Source: Octopus vulgaris
Lineage: Eukaryota
NCBI GenBank assembly: GCA_951406725.2
Contig: OX597816.1
Coordinates: 169,136,001 to 169,200,000 of the forward strand
Reading direction: 5' to 3'
Length of the DNA stretch: 64,000 bases
Positions 1-13,143 of the stretch are shown piece after piece. A model generated the notes under the pieces. That model worked only from the letters and a program-made list of their open reading frames with translations. It searched no databases and was not told where the DNA came from. The translations under genes were made by a program, and so were the position numbers. Every line of letters starts with the position of its first letter. The first letter of the stretch is position 1.

Positions 1-300
1 CTTTGAAATACAACCCATTTCTGAAAGTGTGAATAGGTACACCACCGACTGATATTTATTTTATTGATCTTATCGTATTTATTTAATTGATTACAGAAAT
101 GATCGATAGGAGACAAAATCGACCCAACCGGGAAATACATATAAGCTATCGAAATAGAGTCTAGGAAGGATATTTTCCGCCTTTTTATGTCGTTCTTTTT
201 GATTTACTCTTTCACTTTAATAATGATTTCTTACATGGCTACCTTTATAGATAGAGGAAATATAGAAATAGAAAATGCTGCGTATGTATATGTGTGTGCA

Positions 301-332
<32 letters not shown>

Positions 333-837
333 TTGAAGGTTTTAATCTCAATCTTTATTCAGTTGATCAATCTAAATTCAATTGGTCGATAAATAACCGC
401 TACGTTCTTGTACATCAGTCGTAAACAACGTGCATAGCAAAGGCAGGAGCCTCTACCTTAGAAATAGTAGTCAAATCAAACCTCCCTTATACCATAGCTT
501 ACTGTCTACAATAAAGGATACAACAAAGTCCTAAAATGCAAAAACAAGAGAGGGATTGTCACGGTTAGAATGTCATTGATTAGTCCACTCCATCAACGCT
601 GATCTTTGGATAAACAACAAAGAACACAATCCATCTCGAAACTAATCGTAATAATCATACATATGTGATTTGTGCAATGTAAATATCGATTTCTTATACT
701 AGCATCGGGTTTCTTTTGGGTTATAATCGATTGAGTCGCCATTAATAAATGCCAGAAGCTTATTTTATGAGTCAAAGTCGGCCTCAGCAGAACGTGCACT
801 TAAAGCACAGAGACGAAAGTAACGTATGTTATTCTTT

Positions 838-1634
838 AATATTGCTTTCGAATTTTAGCACAAGGCCAGCAAGTTCAGTAGTGGGGGGGGGGGGGCTAAT
901 TCGATTACGTCGACTCCAGTGCTCAGCTGATAGGTATTCTATTGACCCCGAAAGGATGAAAGGAACAGGCGACCTCGACGGAATTTGAACTCAGAATGTA
1001 CAGCGGACAAAATGCCGCTAAACATTTTGCTCAGCATGCGAACGATTCTTATTTCTTTATTGCCCACTAGGAGCTAACCACAGAGGGAACAAACAAGGAC
1101 AGACAAAGGGACTAAGTCGATTACATCGACCCCAGTGCGTAACTGGTATTTAATTTATCGACCCCGAAAGGATGAAATGCAAAGTCGACCCCGGCGGAAT
1201 TTGAACTCAGAACATAACGGCAGACGAAATACCTATTTCTTTACTACCCACGAGGGACTAAACACAGAGGGAACAAACAAGGACAGAGAGACGGATTAAA
1301 TCGATTACATCGACACCAGTGCGTAACTGGTACTTATTTAATCGACCCCGAAACCATGAAAGGCAAAGTCGACCTCGGCGGAATTTGAACTCAGAACGTA
1401 ACGGCAGACGAAATACCTATTTCTTTACTACCCACAAGGGGCTAAGCACAGAGAGGAGAAACGGATTAAGTCGATTATATTGACCCCAGTGTGCAACTGG
1501 TACTTATTTAATCGACCCCGAAAGAATGAAAGGCAAAGTCGACTACGGCGGAATTTGAACTCAGAACGTAGCGACAGACGAAATACCACTAAGCATTTCG
1601 CCCGGCGCGCTAACGATTCTGCCTGCTCGCTGCC
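838..1634 (-). mobile_element. SINE family A multimer (one tRNA-like head, three tandem bodies, nested in an older tail-type-2 copy)
   Basis: Repeated ~185-bp unit TATTTCTTTA..CCCAC..GGG...GGCGGAATTTGAACTCAGAAC...GACGAAATACC; head (rc GGCAGCGAGCAGGCAGAATCG) at the right end. Confidence 0.9.
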
Positions 1635-2170
1635 TTATGTTAGTCTTTAGTATTATTCAACCGACATTGTACAAGAGAAATGTAAACGACCGAATTTGAA
1701 CCCAGAACATAAAGGACCGCGAGTAAATACCACAAAGCATGTTATACTACAGATTAACGGTTCAGTCAATCCAATCTCTTCTGCAAGATAAATATTAAGA
1801 AAACATGTGACGGTCTTATACAAAGAACAGGCTGTTATCATTAACACTTTGAAAGTTGTAGCCCTATATTTCTATCTCTCTCCAAGTTGTACTTTATCAT
1901 CTTGAACATTAATGTATCCTTCTATTCGTTATTTCTCTGTCTGATATCATACATATTCAGTAAGGAACCTCATTAAGTATTCTGGACCTTTGTGCGTTCA
2001 GGAAAAAAAAAACAAAAATCGTTAAATTTATTGGATACGAATATACTTTATGGTCGGCGATAAGCTTAAAACGTTGCTTCTTTTTTTTTATACTATAATA
2101 ATCTATTTAGTTTTAGTGGTCCCGAGATGTTCTGAGGGGAGGCTGTTAGTCGGTGCCATCAATCCCAGCA

Positions 2171-2186
2171 ATAATAATAATGATAA

Positions 2187-2264
<78 letters not shown>

Positions 2265-2270
2265 TAATAA
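2171..2270. repeat. (AAT)n microsatellite, expanded tail of the adjacent SINE A
   Basis: Directly visible; abuts the SINE 3' end TCCTTTCTATTATAGGCACAAGGCC. Confidence 0.95.
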
Positions 2271-2627
2271 TCCTTTCTATTATAGGCACAAGGCCTGAAA
2301 TTTTGGGGTAAGTGACTAGTCGATAACATCGACCGCAGTGTTTCACTGGTACTTAATTTATCAAGCCCGAAACCATGAAAGGCAAAGTTGACCTCGGCGG
2401 AATTTGAACTCAGAAAGTAAAGACAGGCGAAATACTTATTTCTTTACTACCCACAAGGGGCCAAACATAGAGAGGACAAACAAGGACAGACAAACGGATT
2501 AAGTCGATTATATCGACCCCAGTGCGTAACTGATACTTATTTAATCGACCTCGAAAGGATGAAAGGCAAAGTCGACCTCGGCGGAATTTGAACTCAGAAC
2601 GTAGGGACAGACGAAATGCTTTAGCAA
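2271..2627 (-). mobile_element. SINE family A dimer (type-1 copy within type-2 copy)
   Basis: Same core as other copies; junction GAAATACT|TATTTC near 2436. Confidence 0.9.
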
Positions 2628-2639
2628 ACAGACAGAGAA

Positions 2640-4345
2640 AAATTGCCCTCCCTTCCCGGCCAAAATGAGGCGAGGCGATCTTCACAATGGACTCAAACGA
2701 TAACCGGACCCGTCATACACGTTAAAATAACTGTTCGACAAAGCTCAACAAGTCAGCAATGCGTGGACACTATACGAGAGCATGCAGAACGGTCAGTTAG
2801 CATGGGCCTACCTCTCCTGGTTCCGAGCTGCGGGCCCACTGACTTTTCCTGGTTGTTCATTGCTCCTGTCATCGCTTGGTATTCCCATAGGGTAGTGTCA
2901 ACCATCTCGATTTCCGAGACGCCCGACACTATCACGGTGACGTCGTCCGCATACGCTGACACAAACCTTCCACATCCCAGTTCACGCGTGATGCCCCTCG
3001 AAACCTCCAGCTTCCGCTGTAATGACTCGAGTGCCCTACGTAGAGAAGGGGTGAGATGGGCATATTTGACAGACCGAAAGTGCGATACTAAACGATTCCG
3101 AGAGGTGGCCATTTACTTTGACCACCAAACAGATGTCGCTGTACATTGCAGCGATCCAGCCTCTGATAACAGGACCGAGACCAGCCGCCTTGAAGACAGT
3201 CTCCAAATACAGATGGTCGACCCTATAAAAATCTTTCAATTGATTCAGATGTTTCAGGGCCTCACCCATGCCAGGTTCTTCACTAATTCTCTCTATGATG
3301 TATTGCGTGAGGTGAAGGTTGTTGTGTATAGTTCTGCTGGGGGATAGCACAAGACTGCGCATCACCCACCAGTCTGTCAACGACAAGCGCCAACCTCTTT
3401 ACTAACACCTCGGCCAAAATTTTGTAATCTGTATTCATCAGAGTTACCGACCTAAAGTTATCAGCAATGTCTCCCTTGTTCGGATCCTTTCTCAGTATCG
3501 TCACCACAACTCGGCTCACAGATCCGGGTATTCTCCCATTCTGCTGCCAGTTCCAGTAGATGTCTCTCAAAAGCTCACCAAACAAGTCTGGTATATGCAT
3601 ATAAAGGTCGAAGGGTAGACCATCCAATCCCAGATACCTCTCCCTCGTGCAATTAGCCAATGCGTTACGTATATCTTCAGCTGTTATCTTCATTTCGCAG
3701 AACTCCACGCCCCTAGCCGAAAGTCGTCGCATACCATCGAGGTAGGAAGTGAAATTCACCTCTGCCTTCGGGCCACCACGCGCCCCTTATAGTTCAGCAA
3801 AGTGCCGCAGAAATTCCGCACAAATCTGCTTCGACTCGTAATGCATGCGCCCGTCCCGATCCCTCAAAGACCGAATCGTAGTTTTATTATCACGTTGCAC
3901 CTCGGTTACCAGGCCCATCGAACAGCTTTCGTTGCCACCTGATTTAGAGTATGCGCCTTAGCTCTGACAATGCAGCCTTCATGCTTAAAGAATTAGTTCA
4001 GAACCAATCTCATTGCTATCACGTCGGTCGCTATGCTTCTACTGAGTGCCTCTTCTAATTTCCTAACAAGGTCACCCACTACACTAGTCTTTTCTATTGC
4101 CAGTTCTCTGCTAAATTCCATAGCTTCTACTCTAATCGCCCGTTTTAGGGACCCTTACCATCGGTTGTTGACGACTGCACTCGTCAACTTGCGATGGACT
4201 AACTTGCTAAGCCTGTCTCTGAAAGGACGCGTTCAGCTTCCAGTATCCAGGCCCCTGCCTATGGAGACTATCTAGGTCAACCGTACAGAACACAAATTTG
4301 TGGTCTGTGTAGTTGAATTCAAATTGTGTACAACCTATACCGCCA
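2640..4345 (-). mobile_element. Degenerate L1/Tx1-clade LINE ORF2 (end of endonuclease, linker, RT)
   Basis: Frameshifted peptides YTDHKFV, GPGYWKLNAS, GLDGLPFDLY, NFRSVTLMNTDYKILAEVLVKRL, SAYADDVTV. Confidence 0.9.
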
Positions 4346-4672
4346 TATGTCTTTCAATACTTTTTCCACCTGGTCTCGTTTAGCATTTTCGAGTTCCCTG
4401 GTCTTTGTGTTAAAGCACCTGTAGATAATTGTCCTTTTGGCTGTTTCTTCAAGCTCGTCGCTTGGAGGCGCCAATTCTGCCCTCCTTCCGATCATTTTCA
4501 TATATGTTGCTGCCTTGTTTTGCTGCCAATGAGATGTTAACCAATTCCTTAGCTGCCGCGATATTTGCAAAAGTCTCTTTCCCGCCGCTAACTCCATTTT
4601 TATTAGATTCTTCGCAATAGTTGCTTTCAATGTTTTATTCATGCTACTACAATTTCCATGAATTGAGGAAGA

Positions 4673-4812
4673 CTTCCTTCCTTCCTTCCTTCCTTCCTCC
4701 CTCCCTTCCTTCCTTCCTCCCTCCCTTCCTTCCTTCCTTCCTCTCGCCTTCTTTTTGCTTTTAATCTTCTTTTCTTGACGCTTCTTCTTCTTCTTCTTCT
4801 TTTCCTTCTTCT

Positions 4813-4844
<32 letters not shown>

Positions 4845-4895
4845 TTCTTCTTCTTCTTCTTCTTCTTCTTCTTCTTCTTCTTCTTTCTTTTCTTC
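4673..4895. repeat. (CTTC)n and (CTT)n microsatellites
   Basis: Directly visible; source of the poly-K/E/L ORFs. Confidence 0.95.
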
Positions 4896-5233
4896 CTGCT
4901 GTCTACTGCCAATCATGGCGGGGTGGACGGGGAAGTCCTCGTGCAAATTGCCGTACCACCTTCCTTCGTCCCTTTCGTTTTTCATCGCTGTCTTCAATGC
5001 TTACCTTCTTCGAAGAAAAGTTTCGAAGAAATTTGAAAACAAAAAGGTTTGTATCATCCGCAAAATGGGGCTTTGGTTAACAAAGGTATCCCCTCCTTCC
5101 CCAGAAGGGCAGCTGGCTTGCAAAACAATTTCAACAATAAAAAACAAAATACAGTATAGAACCTTTTAAACAAGTGAATTAGTCATAAACTTACAGCGAT
5201 CCAAAAATACACCTCCAGCTATAGCGATAGTAA

Positions 5234-5449
5234 TAATGGTTTCAAATTTTGCCACAAGGGAAGCTATTTTGGAGGAGAGGACTAGCTGATTACATCGACC
5301 CCTAGTATTTCATTGATGCTTAATTTATCGACTTCGAAAGGATGAAAGGCTAAGTAATCTCAGTGGAATTTGAACTCAGAACATGAAGACAAACGACGTA
5401 CCGCAAAGCATTTCGCTCGGCGTGCTAACGATTCTGCCAGCTCACCGCC
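5234..5449 (-). mobile_element. SINE family A, tail type 2
   Basis: Head rc GGCGGTGAGCTGGCAGAATCGTTAGCACGCC, shared core, tail ..CTTGTGGCAAAATTTGAAACC-ATTATT. Confidence 0.85.
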
Positions 5450-6551
5450 TTAATAATAAGGATGATGATTAATAATAATAATAATGTTTTTCATGTCTCA
5501 ATCGTGAGTATAACACCTCCAAATAAATATATTCATGCAACAGATTTCTGAAAATGAATTAAAATCTCAATACCTGGTAGATAACCTAGTCTCAGTTAAA
5601 TAGAAAAAAAGAAAAGCTTTCACCTCATTGACCTCTTATTTGTTTCCTCTTCTAGATAGGAGACACAAAAGCAGCTCTAATTCACTGCATAAAAAAGAAC
5701 GATAACATCAAAAACAAAACAGGTGGATTAAATAAGGCGGAGATTTATCTTTAATTATAACGGTATTCGTGAGGTGACAGAAAGTATATCTACAACGGAG
5801 GAAAGGTGGCAGAGAATGCCCTGAAGGCAATCAAATTTGAATATAAGAAGTTAAAAGAAGCAGAATTGTGACAGCTGATAATAGTTGATACTTTTCCTTA
5901 GCATTGCGTTATTTCGTGAGAAGTGATGCAGTTTTAGCACATATTTATAATGTATCTACAAGGTAGAAAATACCAGTTAGTTTTAAATAAGAAAGCAGCT
6001 GAAAGGCGTGGGTTGAACAATCCCAGGGCTTTTTACACTAAGGCTTTAACAAAAAGATTTCTCTTTTCGTTTGAAGGTTGCATGACTCGTATCCTACCAA
6101 TTAGGCAGTATTATGTAACACCAAAGGTATGTAACACCAAAGGTATGCCTCATCGCTATAAGCAGTATGTTTATTGCATTATTGATTTGCTAGTCTGCAG
6201 TACTGAGCATACAAGCTTTTATGGTTTGGTGTAGACAAGAGTGAAACTCTCTGAAGTGGATCCTTGTCGAACCCCGCCACACATATACAAACACCTAATC
6301 TTCACTAATGAGCAGACCATACAATAATTTACGAGCAGTTAGTTAAATTAGGTTAAAGTGAGGCATATTGACTTAGGAAACAAGTTAGAATTGGCAGGGC
6401 GTATGTTCACATTAATTACACTTAAATCTGAATTAAGTTAATCTATTTGGGTGTATAGAGGGATCACGAGGAGATACACGTCATCACTGCAACTTTTGGG
6501 GATATCAAATGATTGGTGAAAAAAAACGTTCTTGGGCAAAAGCTCATTAAT

Positions 6552-7066
<515 letters not shown>

Positions 7067-7124
7067 ACGAAGCTAAATATTCCGGTGACAAATAGAATGC
7101 AAGAAGTTCTGTACTGACGGCCGC

Positions 7125-7134
7125 CGCCACTACC

Positions 7135-7166
<32 letters not shown>

Positions 7167-7191
7167 CAACACCAGCACCACCAGCACCAGC

Positions 7192-7222
<31 letters not shown>

Positions 7223-7479
7223 ACACCACCAACACCAGCACCACCAGCACCACCAGCACCAGCACCAACACCAGCACCACCAACACCACCAACACCACCA
7301 ACACCACCAACACCAGCACCACCAGCACCACCACCACCAGCACCACCAGCACCACCAGCACCACCACCAGCACCACCACCACCAGCACCAGCACCACCAC
7401 CAACACCACCAACACCAGCACCACCAGCACCACCACCACCACCAACAACACCAGCACCACCAGAACAACCACCACCAGC

Positions 7480-7510
<31 letters not shown>

Positions 7511-7546
7511 CCACCACCACCACCACCACCACTACCACCACTACCA
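7125..7546. repeat. Compound (CAC/CAG/CAA)n trinucleotide repeat
   Basis: Directly visible. Confidence 0.95.
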
Positions 7547-7952
7547 TTATCTGCAGTGCGGAAATTATATCATTTCCTCGTCAACTTTTAATCAACAACT
7601 CAACGAGACAACCTCGACATGGTCACCCCACTACTACAAAATAGTGACTAAATTTTCTTTAGATCACACCTTAGGTAAAAAAAAAAAGAAATTGCATATT
7701 AAGAAAATGGGATCCTAGATGCACTCTGCCTGAAAATAAGATTGCATGATCATAATTGGAATGCTCTTGATCATATAATTGTTTCCGATTAAAACAGGTT
7801 AGACAACAACAGTGATAAGTCTCTCGCAGAAATTAACATTGACATTGCTACTTAAACATAACAGTAGGAGTTACGAAGTATACGGATATATAATTTAATG
7901 TTGAAAGGAACTTTAATTAAGATTTAAGTGTAATTAAAGTGGACATACTTCT

Positions 7953-8405
7953 GCGAGCTGGCAGAATCGTTAGCACTCCGGACAGAAATGTTTAGCGTAA
8001 TTCCGTCCGTCTGAGTTTCATTTCCGCTGAGGTTAACTTTACTGTTCATGCTTTCGGGGCCGATAAAAATAAATACCTATTTCTTTACTACCCACAAGGG
8101 GCTAAACACAGAGAGAACAAACAAGGACAGACAAACGGATTAAGTCGATTATATGGACTCCAGTGCGTAACTGGCACTTATTTAATCGACCACGAAAGGA
8201 TGAAAGGCAAAGTAGACCTCGGCGGAATTTGAACTCAGAACGTAACAGCAGCCGAAATACTGCTAAGCATTCCGGCCGGCGTGCAAACGTTTCTGCCAGC
8301 TCGCCGCCTTATTTATTTATTTTTTTTTATCGCTGGGGGAGTCGATGTAATCTTCTTACCCCATCTCCAAAACTGTTGGCCTTGTGCCAAAATTTGAAAC
8401 CAATT
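7953..8405. mobile_element. SINE A (+) interrupted by a complete SINE A (-) at 8078-8308
   Basis: Host breaks at AAATACC| and resumes CTGGGGGAGTCGATGTAATC. Confidence 0.85.
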
Positions 8406-8647
8406 TATGGTTTCAACAAAGGCACACTTTGGAGAGTGTCACTGTTGCCTGTTCCAAGCCACGGAAGGATTGATGCCCAGAACTTCAGACTAGCAAAATT
8501 GATACCCGTCATAAAATAATCCTACCGTTTATATTGAGGAAGTGGTACCATTTCGTGATACTTTCATATTTAGTTATTCTGGTTAGTTCTACCTGCAGAT
8601 CTGTGGGCATAGATGCAGCAACTATTTGAAGGTGTTGCGAGGTTTAA

Positions 8648-8868
8648 ACCTTTAGTGTTTGCATTATTCTACCAAAATTAATGCTTCTTCATCTACATTG
8701 TTTTGAACTAATCATGCATTATCTTGGAGCTGTGAGATTTTGATGAGGTAACCGTTAATTTTTAAAATGATATTGTAGGGTTGGTGTGAGAGACCAGATC
8801 TGGCCATTTTGAACATAAAACAGGCAGAATACTTTTGGCTGGATATGGCCGGTTTAAATGCTAAATGG
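8648..8868. mobile_element. piggyBac-like MITE (~220 bp), old copy
   Basis: TTAA on both sides; degenerate TIR ACCTTTAGTGTTT / AAATGCTAAATGG; internal homology to 24251-24470. Confidence 0.7.
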
Positions 8869-8969
8869 TTAAAACTGAAAACGCAATAATTCAGTAACGA
8901 GAAATAAACTATGAAATATCAGTTGATATCGGCGCAATTGTCGGCCATTGGTATTTTAGCAGCGATGAA

Positions 8970-9233
8970 GGCGGCGAGCTGGCAGAAACGTTAGCACGCC
9001 GGATGAAATGCTTAGCGGTATTTCGTCTGTCGTTACGTTGTGAGTTCAAATTCCGCCGAGGTTGACTTTGCCTTTCATCCTTTCGGGGGTCGATAAATTA
9101 AGTACCAGTTACGCACTGGGGTCGATAAATTAATTACCAGTTCCGCACTGGGGTCGATGTAATCGACTTAATGCCTATGTCTGTCCTTGTTTGTCCCCCC
9201 TGTGTTTAGCCCCTTGTGGGTAATAAAGAAATA
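8970..9233 (+). mobile_element. Full-length SINE A (type 1) with 17-bp TSD
   Basis: GGTATTTTAGCAGCGAT at 8950-8966 and 9234-9250; internal ~32-bp tandem duplication. Confidence 0.95.
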
Positions 9234-9737
9234 GGTATTTTAGCAGCGATCACTCAATCGTTGCTGAGTTAACGCAGTATTAGTTCTAAACCCCGCTAGA
9301 AAACTCTGGCTATAACCCACATTTCCAGCTTCTCCAGATATATAAATTGATTTTCGATGCCCGGTGCATCGATTAAATTCGAAATTCAGCGTTTAATCAG
9401 TGTTTTCAGTTGTCGATAACATTTGCTATGGAGAAGGCCATGATTAAGATAAAAATATAAAACCCCAAATAAACAGAGCGTTTATTGGATCAAATTTAGA
9501 TTGGCTGCTACATTAAGTTGTTTTTGTAGGCGCAATATCAGCCACGTCCAAACTGTCATTTGGGAGATGGCTAGTCGATCCAACGAGATTAGAAGCAACC
9601 AGCTGTGCACGTCTTCATCACTCCGCTTCTTTCTTTTACTTAGTTCTACTGTTGTTGTTTAACCCTGTTTAAGTAGACACATGTTTAAAGAACTCCATGA
9701 CGTGACCAACCCATTATCTTCAGGTGTAATATATGTA

Positions 9738-10126
9738 TGGAGACGCAATGGCCCAGTGGTTAGGGCAGTGGACTCGCGGTCGTAGGATCGCGGTTTCGAT
9801 TCCCAGACCGGGCGTTGTGAGTGTTTATTGAGCGAAAACACCTAAAAAGCTCCACGAGGCTCCGGCAGGGGATGGATGGTGGTGATCCCTGCTGTACTCT
9901 TTCACCACAACTTTCTCTCACTCTTACTTCCTGTTTCTGTTGTACCTGTATTTCAAAGGGCCGGCCTTGTCACTCTCTGTGTCACGCTGAATATCCCCGA
10001 GAACTACGTTAAGGGTACACGTGTCTGTGGAGTGCTCAGCCACTTACACGTTAATTTCACGAGCAGGCTGTTCCGTTGATTCGGATCAACCGGAACCCTC
10101 GTCGTCGCAACCGACGGAGTGCTTCC
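9738..10126 (+). mobile_element. SINE family C, full length
   Basis: A box TGGCCCAGTGG, B box GGTTTCGATTCC; near-identical copies at 33034 and 47447. Confidence 0.92.
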
Positions 10127-10791
10127 ATATCCATGTATAATTAATTCATCCAACGTCTTTTTTTTTTAATTTAGTAGAATGTTTTGATGGATGTATAGTT
10201 GCTATTTCTGTCAGAAGCGGCCATGTGTAAACTCTTTCATTGCACCATGTTTTGCTCTGTTTTATTTTTTCTGTGGCTTTCTGCGTAATATCATACAGTA
10301 GTTAGCACATTAGACTAAAAAATAATAGTTTATAGATTCCATTCAATTTCATCCCGTTGAGTCTGATATTGGGAGATATATACTCTTTGAGTACAATATA
10401 CGTATCAAAGTAGAGGTGGAGACAACAAGATTCTAATACTAAAAACATGACACGGAAAGAATATTGATTTCTTGCGTAGGTGCGAATTTCAGATTTAAAG
10501 AAAAATGGTGTTAACATCGTGAAGTGAAATATTACCTAACTCACACCAGCTCTCCAGGTACTTCAATCTATTTTGTTCTTCACTTACCAAATCAAGGTAG
10601 AAATATATTCTTCCTGTTAAATAACTGAGTCACTTTTTAAAGGGAAGAATATAGCGAAGATTGAATTTATTTCAGTAAATTGCTGGTCCTCATTAAAAAT
10701 ATCTCGTGAAGGACGAAAGATAAAATGCGAGAGGAAAACAAATTAAATGCTGCGAACATCAAATTTAAACACTGGAACTGAATGAAACGAG

Positions 10792-10992
10792 TGGTTGTTG
10801 ATTTGAGCCTCAAGTCAATTCTGACTGAGCAGACTTAGGAGCAAAATAGTCCACTCATGACCATCCCTTCTTTTTAGGATAATGCAGGACTGTATTATTT
10901 AGCGTGTTCTTTCTTTATTTAAGAAGCTAAGGCTTGACAAGGAGGAGATTGTGCTATTTCCAGTAGGTTGAGGGTCCATGCAGAAGCTCCCT
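10792..10992 (-). repeat. Old dispersed repeat (family E; SINE-like 3' part with (CAA)n end)
   Basis: rc motifs GAAATAGCAC.AATCTCC..AAGGGATGGTCATG; related degenerate copies near 445-615, 7620-7812, 26640-26822, 37192-37360, 53455-53665, 57795-58096. Confidence 0.55.
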
Positions 10993-11005
10993 CGTGTATA
11001 GTGTA

Positions 11006-11267
11006 TAATAATAAAATAAATCTGCCCTTTTAAAGCCTACGTAGGCTCATGGGCCCGGTTTCCCGGTTTCAATGGCGTATGTGTTCCCCAGCTGGATGGG
11101 ACGCCAGTCCATCGCAGCGTTACTCATTTTTGCCAGCCGAGTGGACTGAAGCAACATGAAATGAAGTGTTTTGCTCAAGAACACAACGCATCATCCGGTC
11201 CAGGAATCGAAACCACAATCTTACGATCATGATGCTGACACCTAACCACTAAACCACGCGCCTCCAC
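11006..11267 (-). mobile_element. SINE family D, full length
   Basis: tRNA-like head rc GTGGAGGCGCGTGGTTTAGTGG..GGTTTCGATTCC; central GCGATGGACTGGCGTCCCATCCAG; TSD G(T/C)GTATAGTGTA at 10994-11005 and 11268-11279. Confidence 0.88.
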
Positions 11268-11685
11268 GCGTATAGTGTACACTGGTCTCTTATTCGGAGA
11301 ATAGAAAAACATTTTCAATTGATTGAACAACTTCCAAACGCTATGATCCTCTTAATTTCACTACACAAACATTAGCCCTTATCTTTAAACTCCTTAAAAA
11401 GATGCAGTTCTCTATAGCCATGACCATTACCATCAAATCGCGTAATCTCAGAAATACGGATTATTTTTCATAGGTTAGAGGCATCGAGTGATGTCCTCAA
11501 ATCTTTGTCAAAAAGAATTATAGGATTGTCGGCCTTATTTCATTAAAAGTTTTTTAAAAGTTTGTATATACTATATAACCTGTGTATGAAAAGAGATTCT
11601 CAAAGGAGAGAATATTCCTTTCCCTCCTCACATTGAGAAAGAGGGAGAGAGAGAAAGAAGGAAAGAAAGAAGACGATGTACGTAC

Positions 11686-12070
11686 ATATGTATGTATGCA
11701 TGTATGCATGCATGTTTGTATGTATGTAACTATGTGTGTATGTATGTATGTATGTATGTATGTATGTATGTATGTATGTATGTATGTATATATGTATGTA
11801 TGTATGTTTGTATGTATATATGTATGTATATATGTTTGTATGTGTGTATGCATATATGTATGTACGTATGTATGTATGTATGTATGAATGTATGTATGCA
11901 TGTATGTATGTATGTTTGCATGTATGTATGTATGTATGTATGTATGTATGTTTGTATGTATGTATGTTTGTATGTATGTTTGTATGTATGTATGTTTGTA
12001 TGTTTGTATGTATGTATGTATGTATGTATGTATGTATGTATGTATGTATGTATGTATGTATGTATGTACG
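11686..12070. repeat. (TATG)n microsatellite
   Basis: Directly visible. Confidence 0.95.
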
Positions 12071-12928
12071 TACTTATGAAGGAAACTATTAAAATTAGGC
12101 TTTGCTCGACACCAATTCGCTTCATTTACGCTAATGGTACTTTTGAAAAGTTCTAGTCTCCTGTGGATGGATATTCGTATGACAGACCGAGTCCGCTCTT
12201 TGAATCACTCGGACATTCGACCTAACGTACATGTTTATAAAACCAAAAGAAACGCAGGGATTAAACATTAAAACGTATATGAGGAATTAAAACGGAAATA
12301 GATCAGATGGTATTAACTCAGAAAACATAACAGTATCTTGCTAGAAATTTATTCTTAGAATGACTTGAAATATAAACAGAATTAAAAAAAAATTATCCAT
12401 CACATTACATTTGAATAAAGATCATGCGTATTAACAATGGATAAATTAGAAGAAAATAAACTAAGGCAGAAAAAAAATGTTGGCACAGTTTTCAATTATT
12501 GGTTTCTTGCATAAGAAGGCAAAGGCAAATATTTATAATAGGGGAATGCAGTTGATTCTATTGTCTTTTATCATTGATGTTTTTTTTTTTGTATCTACCT
12601 AAGAAAGAAGAATTGAAAGTTAATTACGACAAAAATTATGGTTGGGTCATAGAAAAACCAAAGTACATGATATACACATTTATTTTTACCAACTCTGTGT
12701 TCTTGTATTTTTTTAAAGTGGTAATAGCAAACGGATCCTAGAATTGCAAAAGTTTTGAGATTACAAAAGAAAAATTCACGGTGAGTATCCCATTATCGAA
12801 ATAGTGTTCTATCCAACGCCATGATATTCTTTTTCGAATGTTTAAATCCATTTAGCTGTAATTTTGTACTGTGATTTAGTATAACATTCTACCCTACAAA
12901 GCAATACCATCAATGGAAAGGCAGTAAA

Positions 12929-13143
12929 GGTGGCGAGTTGGCAGAGTCGTTAACACGCCAGGCAAAATGTTTAGCAGCATTTCGTCCGTCTTTACGTTCT
13001 GAGTTCAAATTCCACCGCGATTGACTGCCTTTTATCCTTTTAGAGTCGATAAAATAAGTACCAGTCATGTATTGAGGTCGATGTGATCGACTTACCCCTT
13101 CCTACCAAATTTCAACCCTTGTGTCTGTAATAGAAAGGATTAA
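12929..13143 (+). mobile_element. SINE family A, tail type 2
   Basis: GGTGGCGAGTTGGCAGAGTCG head, tail CCTTGTGTCTGTAATAGAAAGGATT. Confidence 0.88.

Noticed and set aside
5041-5064. Minus-strand FADDTNLF, resembling an RT active site
   Set aside because: Flanking residues are not RT-like; probably chance or too small to call
9738-9815. tRNA genes at SINE heads
   Set aside because: A/B boxes are present but continue into SINE bodies with TSDs; no clean cloverleaf and terminator
9876-10079. Recurrent short ORFs (MVVIPAVLFHH.., MRNWYLF.., MLGGQTQ..) suggesting a gene family
   Set aside because: They recur only because they lie inside SINE copies
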